DNA of 64,000 nucleotides from a virus (Duplodnaviria; Caudoviricetes): IMG/VR virus record IMGVR_UViG_3300026484_000545, positions 1 to 64,000 of that record; one strand, 5' to 3'. Shown piece by piece: positions 31,725 to 40,547 of this stretch (position 1 is its first letter; each line of letters starts with the position of its first letter). The notes under the pieces were generated by a model. It saw only the letters and a program-made list of their open reading frames with translations, ran no database searches and was not told where the DNA came from. The position numbers and the translations under genes were made by a program.

Positions 31725-32543
31725 TTAATTATTTAGCTGAGATAATTGAGAAAGCTCCTTTAGTACTGATTGTTCCAACGATCTAAACTTATCTTTAACC
31801 CATTGAAGTTCTTCTTCGTTAAAATTACAATCCTCTTCGAGGAATTTCAAAAACGGTTTTTCTTTCATTTTTTCGTAAAACTTAATGGAAATATGTACTA
31901 GATCTGATGGAGATAATGAAGATTTTTGGTTGTATATAATACGTTGCGCTTTTAAATCAGGAAATAGCACTTTTAAAATTTTTGCGCGAAGTTTTTTGTT
32001 TTCGAGAATTTGATATAGAACAAGTGTCTGTTTAAGCATTGTCTCTGCTTTTGCCTTTTCAGCTTCGATTTTTTGGGCACGTTCCTGTAAGAATTTATGA
32101 AATTCCTCAGGATCTATATCAAACATTTTGCATATGTCATTGACTGACTTTATATCTGAAATTATGAGCGAATAACCATCGTTACGTGAAGAAGCTTTTT
32201 GTTCAAGCTCTTTAAGTTCATTAAGAAATTCGTTGATTTTATCAGTTGCTAATTTCAGTTGTTCAGCGTTATTTTCCATACGAGAAATTTTTTCTAGATA
32301 CCAAGATAAAACCATTATAAAGCGTCCTACATATATTGCAAGCGGTAGATGTTCTTCCTTACAATTTTCCAAATAATTTTCTTTTATATGTGTTGCAAGT
32401 TGTTCTAAACTTTTAGCAATATTACCTTGAATCAGTTTGTTTTTAATTCCATCGAATGTAGATTCTACAAAAGATGATAAAAATGCATCGAGTTCTACCT
32501 TTAATCTTTCATATTTTGAGAGTTCAGCCATTGGTACCTCCAT
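31725..32543 (-). CDS. Hypothetical helical protein (272 aa)
   Basis: Long ORF with typical composition; the likely start is MAELSK after GGAGGT. Confidence 0.7.
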   Translation of the reverse strand: MEVPMAELSKYERLKVELDAFLSSFVESTFDGIKNKLIQGNIAKSLEQLATHIKENYLENCKEEHLPLAIYVGRFIMVLSWYLEKISRMENNAEQLKLATDKINEFLNELKELEQKASSRNDGYSLIISDIKSVNDICKMFDIDPEEFHKFLQERAQKIEAEKAKAETMLKQTLVLYQILENKKLRAKILKVLFPDLKAQRIIYNQKSSLSPSDLVHISIKFYEKMKEKPFLKFLEEDCNFNEEELQWVKDKFRSLEQSVLKELSQLSQLNN

Positions 32544-32560
32544 CTTTTGATTTTTTTAAC

Positions 32561-33712
32561 TTAACGACAAATTGCAGGTTTAATATAAATGAAATACAAC
32601 AAACGAATTAAATATTTTCGAAATTGGGCATTTAAACTTGCATATCGTTTTACCAGCTCTACTTTATTTGGCATATGTTTATTAAGCACATAGAAAATCA
32701 TTCGATCCACATATTCCTTAAATATTTTCGCATGTTGACTTCTCTTATCCTTTAAAAGCTTTATTAGTAATTGATATGATTTTAAGCTTGCGCATATGTT
32801 TTTGGGAGCATAAAATTGAGGATAATGCTCTAAAAGAAACTGTAGAAAGCTATGAAAATAATCTTGTAATTCTTTGGATTCTTGAATTTCTTGTACAAAA
32901 TATTTTCCAAAAGTTATAAGCATGTATTTCGATTGCATGTCCTTTGCAAATTGAGTTAAAACTTGTTCAGGAATAGCACTTGCATTTGATATTTGTGCAA
33001 GTATTTGTTTAATGTAAATACTAAGCATAGAAAATGAAAAAGTTTCATGTTCATCTTTATACGCGAGACTTGTTTGATGCTCATGTGCAATGTAATATGC
33101 TTTTGCCAGCTGTGAAAGAATTGTATTAATTCGATGCTTTATATAGGAAAATAGTCGAGAGAAAGATGTAACGTCAAATCGTTTTACTACTTTCTGAATT
33201 TCATGCTCTGTTAGATACTCTAAAATTTTAACGAAATCCCCTTTGTACTTATACAATAGACTACGCTTGTCAACGTAGTCCAATGCTGATACCAATATAT
33301 CGTCTTTGCAATAGGGAATATATTTTTTGAACAAGTTAATCCAAACAAATGCAGCATACGATAAAATTACTTTCTTAAGCTCTTGTGGATGTCTTGTAAG
33401 TACGTACAACGTAAGCAAAATGTATGTTGCAATTGGACTTGCTTTAATATTACGAAATAATGAATAAGTTTCAGTATACTTGTTTAGAATTTTTTGAATT
33501 TGACTTGCACCTAGTTTCTCCAAGAAATGATCCCTAATTAAAATCAGCTCCTGCATAGTTGCCACTTTCGGACACATATCCGTTAACAATGCAAGTTGCT
33601 TTTGGTAAAGTTTATGTAATAATGACATTACGTATTCGTCATCAATATTTGAAAATACGTCATGTAATTCGCGACGCACATCATCAAATGCTTCACATAG
33701 TTTCTTATACAT
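32561..33712 (-). CDS. Conserved jumbo-phage-type helical protein (383 aa)
   Basis: GGGAGG RBS. The pattern FKKYIPY...KHRINTILSQLAKAYY.AHE recalls a family in AR9/phiKZ-like phages (recollection only). Confidence 0.55.
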   Translation of the reverse strand: MYKKLCEAFDDVRRELHDVFSNIDDEYVMSLLHKLYQKQLALLTDMCPKVATMQELILIRDHFLEKLGASQIQKILNKYTETYSLFRNIKASPIATYILLTLYVLTRHPQELKKVILSYAAFVWINLFKKYIPYCKDDILVSALDYVDKRSLLYKYKGDFVKILEYLTEHEIQKVVKRFDVTSFSRLFSYIKHRINTILSQLAKAYYIAHEHQTSLAYKDEHETFSFSMLSIYIKQILAQISNASAIPEQVLTQFAKDMQSKYMLITFGKYFVQEIQESKELQDYFHSFLQFLLEHYPQFYAPKNICASLKSYQLLIKLLKDKRSQHAKIFKEYVDRMIFYVLNKHMPNKVELVKRYASLNAQFRKYLIRLLYFIYIKPAICR

Positions 33713-33735
33713 TTAAGGCCTCCCTTTGTTCTAGT

Positions 33736-34314
33736 TTAGATTCTTGTAAGAATCAAATTGGGATTTCCCGATAGTATTACTCTACGTAAAATATGATACC
33801 AGGGAATTAATACGGGTTCTTTTGTTTCGTAGTTAGGTAGCGTTTTTAAATCAATCACATAATAATTGAAGTAAAAATGATTTTCAGGAAAATTTCGACG
33901 TAAATACAATCTAGCCTTTTGAAGCATTTGTCGGGTTTGCAAATGCTTTTGCTGAGCGATTGGTGCAGTTACATGAGTTAGTATTGCTGCAAGTTCAGTT
34001 TTCTTATTAGGATATACTCCAAAGATATAACGCTTACCAGGACGTTTATTAAAAAATACTCGGTTATAAAAATAAGGAGTTTTAAAGAAAACTCTCGGAT
34101 TATACAATTCAACTACGAAACCAGAATAAATATCGAAAAACCACTTTGCTCCAAACCTAATTACTTTAGGTGAACGTTGGTATATTCCTAAATATGCATG
34201 AAAAGGATTGTAATCAAAATAGGGTTTGCGTTCCCAAGGTGCTAGATAATGTAACCAATCCCGTAAAAATTTATGATAAGTTTCTTCAAAAATTTCAAGT
34301 AGATCTTTATTCAT
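33736..34314 (-). CDS. Hypothetical basic/aromatic protein (192 aa)
   Basis: ATGA overlap with the polB C-half. Confidence 0.7.
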   Translation of the reverse strand: MNKDLLEIFEETYHKFLRDWLHYLAPWERKPYFDYNPFHAYLGIYQRSPKVIRFGAKWFFDIYSGFVVELYNPRVFFKTPYFYNRVFFNKRPGKRYIFGVYPNKKTELAAILTHVTAPIAQQKHLQTRQMLQKARLYLRRNFPENHFYFNYYVIDLKTLPNYETKEPVLIPWYHILRRVILSGNPNLILTRI

Positions 34315-35372
34315 GCATGCTCCCGAGCCAATTTTATTAATTCATGTTGCTTTTGGCGAATTAGGTTTTCAGCTAAACGATCAAAATCGATGCCTAGCGG
34401 TTGTAATAATTGTACTAGTTTTGCATGTACAAAGGATTTATATTGCGCAATAGGATCGACTTCAAATTTCACATCTGGAATAGTTTCCTCAAAAAATATT
34501 GCTGTAAAGTAATTTCTTGGATTAGTGATTCCGAAAAGTTTTTTCCACTCTTGAGTAATTTGTTTATATTGCTCTGGAGTTAAATCAATTGAACGAATCT
34601 TAAACAAGTAACCTTTTGAGAAAAATTGTTGGCCAGTTAAAACTCGATATAATGAAGCTGCTCTTGCAGCTTCATTATTTGACTTGTAATCCTCTAGTTT
34701 TTTAACACTTTGTGGTTTGGCAGTTCTCAAATCTTTTTTTGCTGCTAGTTTCATAAACTGATATGCAAATGATAAAGCATATTTTTTGATAGTTTCAACA
34801 CTATCGCCCTTTAAAATACGCTCGGCCAAGAAACGTATCATTTTATTTGTAAACTCAGGTACGTCAGATTTAACTCCAATGTTCAAATATCCAATTTCGT
34901 CAATTAAAACACCTTCTCTCATTATTGCACGATATACATAATGCTTTTTCATTGAGATTAAAATTGATTGGAAAATATACTCTTGCTTGAATTTGAATTT
35001 GTTTTCAGCATTTAAGGATTTTGCATATGCATCTAAAACTCTATCTACATATTTTTGTATGTAATGTACTAGAGCAAGAGTTAAAGCAATTACATCATTT
35101 TTTGTAAAAGGTAAATTCTCATATTCATCATATTTTAGAGCGCGTTCAATTTGTTCGTCACCTAAATTAGGATAAAAGCGTTTAAGTGCTTTTTTAAGAA
35201 GTGGATATAGTACAATGAACGAAGAATCTGTATCGGAATACAATACATATTTCAAGGAACCAGCGCCATACTTAACCATTTTAAAGGTAATATCCACAGG
35301 AAATTTTTGAACTTCCTCTTCCAAAAATTGAAGTTTTTCAATCCACTCGTTAACCTGTTGCTCTAAATCCAT
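34311..35372 (-). CDS. polB: Family B DNA polymerase, C-terminal half (palm motif C and thumb)
   Basis: YSDTDS, FKFKQE, KKHYV, VKSDVP; has its own RBS and promoter motif. Confidence 0.9.
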   Translation of the reverse strand: MDLEQQVNEWIEKLQFLEEEVQKFPVDITFKMVKYGAGSLKYVLYSDTDSSFIVLYPLLKKALKRFYPNLGDEQIERALKYDEYENLPFTKNDVIALTLALVHYIQKYVDRVLDAYAKSLNAENKFKFKQEYIFQSILISMKKHYVYRAIMREGVLIDEIGYLNIGVKSDVPEFTNKMIRFLAERILKGDSVETIKKYALSFAYQFMKLAAKKDLRTAKPQSVKKLEDYKSNNEAARAASLYRVLTGQQFFSKGYLFKIRSIDLTPEQYKQITQEWKKLFGITNPRNYFTAIFFEETIPDVKFEVDPIAQYKSFVHAKLVQLLQPLGIDFDRLAENLIRQKQHELIKLAREHA

Positions 35373-35439
35373 TTCTTTACCTCCAATTTTATTTTCAGGA
35401 ATTATTTATGCAGATATGAGATAAAAATTGAGAAAATAC

Positions 35440-36081
35440 TTATAGATATTTGTCAACGTTAAATAGTATATCGTATTGATAAACTTTTAGATTCAAAATG
35501 TATTTCTTGACGTACTTGATAAAATTGAATTGATTTAGTTTAAAGTCGAGAATTGTTTTCCAGATTTCAGTCCGAGACATAGTGATAAAGTCTTTTGCAG
35601 GAATTGGAATGCAAAGAAAGTTGTAACGTTTAAAATTTCCTAATCCAGGGAATCGCCGAAATGGATTTGGATTAATGGATCCCTTAAAATCAACTGGGCT
35701 ATTTTTGAAAATGTCTTTTATAACCTCTCTTACGCGAGCAAAATCCTCACGTTTAGTTCCAAATGGAAAAAGACAGTGACTTATTATATGGACTCCTCGT
35801 TCTGAAGTTATCTCAACGTGAAAATACTTTAACTTTGGGTAATCAATTTTACTGAGAAATTTTTGCGCATCGTCCCAAGAGCTATCAATATCAAAAGTAT
35901 GCTGATAATAGTAAACAGAGTTATTATCCCAAAATACAGGCGATAGGAAAAATTCTAGTTTACGATGAATAAAGTCATCACGATGTTTTAATAATTTTTG
36001 TAAAAGCTCTTTGAACTGGATTCTAATAGGAGCCATATATAAAGTATACTTATACGTAGTATACAAATGATCGGCTTTCAT
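35440..36081 (-). CDS. Archaeo-eukaryotic primase/polymerase (AEP) domain protein
   Basis: Motif I TFDID, motif II TSERGVH, motif III VD followed by RRFPG..N.K....CIPI. Confidence 0.75.
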   Translation of the reverse strand: MKADHLYTTYKYTLYMAPIRIQFKELLQKLLKHRDDFIHRKLEFFLSPVFWDNNSVYYYQHTFDIDSSWDDAQKFLSKIDYPKLKYFHVEITSERGVHIISHCLFPFGTKREDFARVREVIKDIFKNSPVDFKGSINPNPFRRFPGLGNFKRYNFLCIPIPAKDFITMSRTEIWKTILDFKLNQFNFIKYVKKYILNLKVYQYDILFNVDKYL

Positions 36082-36557
36082 TGCAATACCTCATCAACTA
36101 GATCTTTATATGAACGTACCATTAACCAAGCGTTTTTAGGAAATCTAGAACTCGGCAACTTGAGTAAAGTAAATTTAAGTTTACCATAGTGTTTTAAGTC
36201 AACGTAAACAGTTATTTTCCCAGATAAATACTGCTGGTAGAATTCGCCTCGATCTTGTTTCTTCTTATCATCAAGAGTATATATACTTTTAATCCAAATT
36301 AAGTTTAAACCAGCACCATATCCATCTTCAATTTCGCCTTCAAAGTATTGATATTTCCAAGAATGAATTTCGGTTTCAAATGCAAGAATTTTGCATGGCT
36401 CCTTTAGAAATTCAACCCACTTTCGAGTTGCCCACGAGAAAAATACACATTGTTTATATTCTGGATGATATGCTCCAAATCTGATGTCGTAATGTAATCC
36501 TGCTCGTTTTGCATGATGCTCATTTACTAGAAAGATTCTCTTGCAGGCCATATACAA
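36078..36557 (-). CDS. LigD-type 3'-phosphoesterase (stand-alone PE domain)
   Basis: FLVNEHHAKRAGLHYDIRF, SWATRK, LAFETEIH, YQYFEGEI..GYGAG. Confidence 0.9.
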   Translation of the reverse strand: MYMACKRIFLVNEHHAKRAGLHYDIRFGAYHPEYKQCVFFSWATRKWVEFLKEPCKILAFETEIHSWKYQYFEGEIEDGYGAGLNLIWIKSIYTLDDKKKQDRGEFYQQYLSGKITVYVDLKHYGKLKFTLLKLPSSRFPKNAWLMVRSYKDLVDEVLQ

Positions 36558-37047
36558 TATCCGTAAGGAGATTTAGATAGTGAGTTTTCGTGGTAATATA
36601 ATATTGACTACCAACTATTAAATAAACAAACTCATTTTCAATAAATCCGCAACCTTCTAATCCATTTTCTGTTTCTACAAGAAGCAAATTCACATAAATA
36701 CTTGATTCCTTTAGATACTTTAAAGCTTGTTTGTATGATTTTACTCGTTTTAACTTGCGTTTTACTTGTACATACACAGGGATTTTATCTTTGAAAGCAT
36801 GCTTTAATAACTCTTTGACTTTTGGTTCAGTTTTTATATGCCAAAGTGAAGAAAGTTTTGTATGTCCACCTCGAGGACCTGACTTAGAGAAAATTCCAAA
36901 TGTTAAAACATGCTTAAATCCAAATTTGTCAAAAATGATTTTACGTCGGTATTTGCATACTCGCCAATCACGATACTTTTCAACAACGTAATTTCGTGTA
37001 ATCACTATTTTTTCAGGTTTTCCGTATTTCCAATAAGTTTTGCTCAT
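36520..37047 (-). CDS. Hypothetical basic protein (175 aa)
   Basis: Overlapping ORF in the operon. Confidence 0.65.
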   Translation of the reverse strand: MSKTYWKYGKPEKIVITRNYVVEKYRDWRVCKYRRKIIFDKFGFKHVLTFGIFSKSGPRGGHTKLSSLWHIKTEPKVKELLKHAFKDKIPVYVQVKRKLKRVKSYKQALKYLKESSIYVNLLLVETENGLEGCGFIENEFVYLIVGSQYYITTKTHYLNLLTDIVYGLQENLSSK

Positions 37048-37667
37048 AACTGTTTACACATCCAAGATAATTTGCTTTCATCAAACGGTTTAGAGTAACG
37101 GAAATACTTAAACTTTAATTCATAAACTGTTTGTAAAAATTCCTGAGGAGTTGCGAAATTTCGATTTATATACTCGCGTAAAAAAGCTAAAGATTCAACT
37201 TGTTCTGAAAAATCTCCAAGAAATTTTGTTGCAAGAATTCTTGCTTTAATTGATTCGAGTACACTTAGCGGTAAAGATACTGTTCCAGATTTAACAACAT
37301 CGATTGCACTTGTAATTAAATACTCAGTTTCAACTAGATGTTTGATACGTACAATTATTCTACCAATAAAGTTTTTAGTCGTTGGTAGTTGATTGTATCT
37401 CATAAAAAATGTATTCAAATCATCAGCCACTGGATTATCTAATGTTATTTGCAGTAATCTGATTTGCATATTGCTCATTAAAATTTCGCTGATTAATGAA
37501 GCAATTGGAGATAAGGTACTTGCTTTAAAATCAGGATTTAATAAAAAGGTATTTGAAGCGGAAACTCCGAAAAAGGATTGCCTGTCCTCAAAATAAAACA
37601 AACCATGTTTATAAAGACTGTCGTTTTGAGTTACAATTTGTGCAATGAATACTGGCATAAGATTCAA
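37044..37667 (-). CDS. Hypothetical protein (207 aa)
   Basis: AGGAGG RBS with TTG start. Confidence 0.65.
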   Translation of the reverse strand: MNLMPVFIAQIVTQNDSLYKHGLFYFEDRQSFFGVSASNTFLLNPDFKASTLSPIASLISEILMSNMQIRLLQITLDNPVADDLNTFFMRYNQLPTTKNFIGRIIVRIKHLVETEYLITSAIDVVKSGTVSLPLSVLESIKARILATKFLGDFSEQVESLAFLREYINRNFATPQEFLQTVYELKFKYFRYSKPFDESKLSWMCKQL

Positions 37668-37714
37668 TTTTAATACCCTCCTTTTTAGATGTATTCTTTT
37701 CTTTTTACCTTAGC

Positions 37715-37754
37715 AAAAAAAAAATTGAGAGGAGGGAGTCGCCTCCCTCCTCTC
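37715..37754 (-). terminator. Intrinsic terminator
   Basis: GAGAGGAGGGAG/CTCCCTCCTCTC stem followed by a T10 tract on the minus strand. Confidence 0.85.
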
Positions 37755-37760
37755 CATATG

Positions 37761-38402
37761 TTATTTCTCATCTTTTGACGCTATCGCATTCCAGTCAACT
37801 AAATGTAATTTTTGATGTCTGAATTTATAAGCTTTTTGTTTTGCTAAATCAATTATTATAGGTCTTTGTTTTGCATGAAATGTATCAATTACAATAAAAC
37901 GTTTTCCAAACACTACAAATTGATGTCCGAGTGGTAATGTTTCAATCTTTTGAACTTCATCTTTCAATAAATATTTGCATACCGACGGAGTTAAAATCGG
38001 AAGAGTTAATTGCGCATTCAAATCTTCTCGGGAAATTAAAAGTGCATCTTCTTGTTCGGTAACTTGAAAACCTAGTGCCTTCAAATCTTGAGCAATAAGC
38101 GATTTTAAGGAATTGAAAAACGTTTTTAAAGAGGTTTTAGAGTTTGTTTTGTTAGCTTTCTTTGTTTCAGTGGTTACCTTTTTTGAAGTCTTTTGTTCAG
38201 TAATTGTTTTCTTGCATGAAGCTTTTTTGGGTTTAGGTTCAGATTCAGCTTGTTTGGTTTCGGGTTGAACTGGAATTGCAACACTTGGATTAACTGAATT
38301 TGCAGGAATTGATGGGTTTACATTTTTAGATTCTTCTTCTACTTCTTTTTCTGCATTTAAAATTGCGTCTAATTCTGGAATTTGTAATTCCATGATTAGC
38401 AC
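37761..38402 (-). CDS. Hypothetical protein with Pro/Lys/Thr-rich disordered linker
   Basis: AAGGAGGT RBS and TATAAATA motif upstream; internal repeat VNPS(I/V). Confidence 0.7.
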   Translation of the reverse strand: MLIMELQIPELDAILNAEKEVEEESKNVNPSIPANSVNPSVAIPVQPETKQAESEPKPKKASCKKTITEQKTSKKVTTETKKANKTNSKTSLKTFFNSLKSLIAQDLKALGFQVTEQEDALLISREDLNAQLTLPILTPSVCKYLLKDEVQKIETLPLGHQFVVFGKRFIVIDTFHAKQRPIIIDLAKQKAYKFRHQKLHLVDWNAIASKDEK

Positions 38403-38473
38403 CTCCTTTTAGTTTTATTTTTGAAGAATTATTTATACTGGTTTTACGAAATAAAAAATATGGAGTACTGACT

Positions 38474-39280
38474 ATGATATATTACGTAGGGTTTGAGTAC
38501 AACGACAAAATTATCCCAGTAACTGAAGATTTATGGGCTTGGGATTTATTCGTTTTAAACCAAAGAATTATAAACAAATTGTTTCCAAATGCTACGCCTG
38601 CCTATTTAAAAGAAGTGTACGAAAATATGCTTTTATCAAACCTTAAACTCTATCCTGTATACTATTTGGATCAAGATGTACTACAACTACCAGATGATAT
38701 TTTACTTGAGTATCTAAAGGAACTAAAATACGCAACTTGCTCATATAAATCAATTCTAAATTCAGATTTTACCCCAGATGTAATTTGTCAACCTTTAGAT
38801 GCATGTTTGGAATATGGTTTCAAAAAATTCTTAACCGGAAAAGTTCAAATTAAAAATGATTACAAATTTCGTAAGGTTAATATAACTGAAGAAAAGAAAA
38901 TTTTAGTTGTAACATGTCATCTAAAACTATATAAATCATCATCGTTTACATTACCATTAGCAATCGATAAGGATAAAACTCTCTATGAAATTATTATGCA
39001 ATACTATGGAATTTTTGGAGATTTCAAAAACGTTAAATTAGGATATCAATTAACGCTTGGATTATATAATCCTGTAAAACATGAGTATACTGCATTAGGT
39101 GAATATAAGCTAAAAGAAATTCCTATTAATCTAGAATCAAAATCAAAGTTAAAATTGCTAATGAATCCAATTCCTGTGATATATGCAAATGTATTTGAAA
39201 TTGGTGCCGATAAATGGAATTTTACCATTACGAAAAAACTTACAACTCAAGCCAAACATGTAAAATGGTTAATTGATTAA
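38474..39280 (+). CDS. Hypothetical protein (268 aa)
   Basis: GGAG RBS; first gene of a + strand island. Confidence 0.7.
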   Translation: MIYYVGFEYNDKIIPVTEDLWAWDLFVLNQRIINKLFPNATPAYLKEVYENMLLSNLKLYPVYYLDQDVLQLPDDILLEYLKELKYATCSYKSILNSDFTPDVICQPLDACLEYGFKKFLTGKVQIKNDYKFRKVNITEEKKILVVTCHLKLYKSSSFTLPLAIDKDKTLYEIIMQYYGIFGDFKNVKLGYQLTLGLYNPVKHEYTALGEYKLKEIPINLESKSKLKLLMNPIPVIYANVFEIGADKWNFTITKKLTTQAKHVKWLID

Positions 39281-39304
39281 ATTAGCATAAAGGAGGAATG
39301 AAAT

Positions 39305-39502
39305 ATGCTTCCAATGCAAACTAGAAAAGCTAGACGTATGAGAAGAGCAGCATTAATCGCATATGCTTTAGCAAAGAAAAATGGAGATAGATTGTATTAC
39401 GAGGTTATTAAATTAAGAAGAGCATATTTGGCAAAAAAAGCAAAACTTCTTCAAAAATACTTACCAAAAGCATTAGCTATTTTAAATAGACGTGGAGTTT
39501 AA
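39305..39502 (+). CDS. Small very basic protein (65 aa), possibly virion/DNA-binding
   Basis: AAGGAGG RBS; Arg/Lys/Ala-rich helix ALAKKNGDRLYYEVIKLRR. Confidence 0.7.
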   Translation: MLPMQTRKARRMRRAALIAYALAKKNGDRLYYEVIKLRRAYLAKKAKLLQKYLPKALAILNRRGV

Positions 39503-39527
39503 CTTTAATACATCTAGGTAAAAATCA

Positions 39528-40037
39528 ATGCGTAGTGTAGGACGATTTAAAGCACTGGATCCTATTGAACTCGATGATGTTGTTACTCTAGGATATATTT
39601 TAAACACTGTAAATTTTGATACATGTGAGCAAATAAGAGAAAATATATATATTGCTGCACGTACTTTTTCTTTAGAGTACATTTTATATGAATGTCTTGA
39701 TGATTTAAAAAATGCTGATCTAATTGCAAATGGAGATTACATTTCGCAAAAAATAATATTTCAAAATGTATCTGCAGAAAAACCTGGAATCTATGTATCA
39801 ACAACGTGGGAATTAGATACTAAAGCTACTCGCTATTATATCGTTGTATATTCTATTGGTTCTACACCAATAATTGAACTTTCCTTTGACGATGGTGAAA
39901 CTTGGAAATTGATACCTGAAGAAGGGAAAGTTTACGAATCATCAAATCCATTTCAAAGCGTTAAATTTAGGTTTACTTTTCCAGAAAAAGCAACTTTATT
40001 CGGATTTGCGTTTGCACATGACGTTTACTATGACTAA
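39528..40037 (+). CDS. Hypothetical beta-rich protein, likely virion structural
   Basis: Asp-box-like SFDDGETW motif and VKFRFTF. Confidence 0.65.
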   Translation: MRSVGRFKALDPIELDDVVTLGYILNTVNFDTCEQIRENIYIAARTFSLEYILYECLDDLKNADLIANGDYISQKIIFQNVSAEKPGIYVSTTWELDTKATRYYIVVYSIGSTPIIELSFDDGETWKLIPEEGKVYESSNPFQSVKFRFTFPEKATLFGFAFAHDVYYD

Positions 40038-40046
40038 TATTTTTAC

Positions 40047-40508
40047 TTGGAGCTATTGATGAATGCAGTAGATTTCATTATTGCTGATTTACAAAAACAT
40101 GTGGATAAAGTTTTAGAAACATATCCTCAATTAAAAATCAGATTCAGAAAAACAACTACGCCATTATCTATATTATCAATTCTCGCAAAAACAAAATCAG
40201 TAAGTTCCATATTAAAAAGTCCCGACTATTTAAGCGAAACAGATCCTTACAAAAAATATTTAATTCTGATTGCAAAACTATTTAGCTTTTTAAGTATGCA
40301 ATTGAAAATTGATTTTCGCAAAATAATAAACACAAATTTCGTACTTGTAACAAAAAAAGTTTGCGAAGCTAATAACCTTACCTATGGAATTGTATATCTG
40401 GCAATTTTGTATTTATTAATGTATTTGGTGCGTGAATATGGACCAAGTACTTTACTTGACTTAACATCAACTTTACGTCGTGTTAAACGCGCAGTATATG
40501 TTAAATAA
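40047..40508 (+). CDS. Hypothetical protein (153 aa)
   Basis: ORF ends at a bidirectional terminator. Confidence 0.65.
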   Translation: MELLMNAVDFIIADLQKHVDKVLETYPQLKIRFRKTTTPLSILSILAKTKSVSSILKSPDYLSETDPYKKYLILIAKLFSFLSMQLKIDFRKIINTNFVLVTKKVCEANNLTYGIVYLAILYLLMYLVREYGPSTLLDLTSTLRRVKRAVYVK

Positions 40509-40537
40509 GGAGGAGCGGAAATTTCCGCTCCTCCTTT
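40507..40537. terminator. Bidirectional terminator between convergent genes
   Basis: AAGGAGGAGCGGAA/TTCCGCTCCTCCTT perfect inverted repeat. Confidence 0.8.
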
Positions 40538-40547
40538 AATTGACTCG

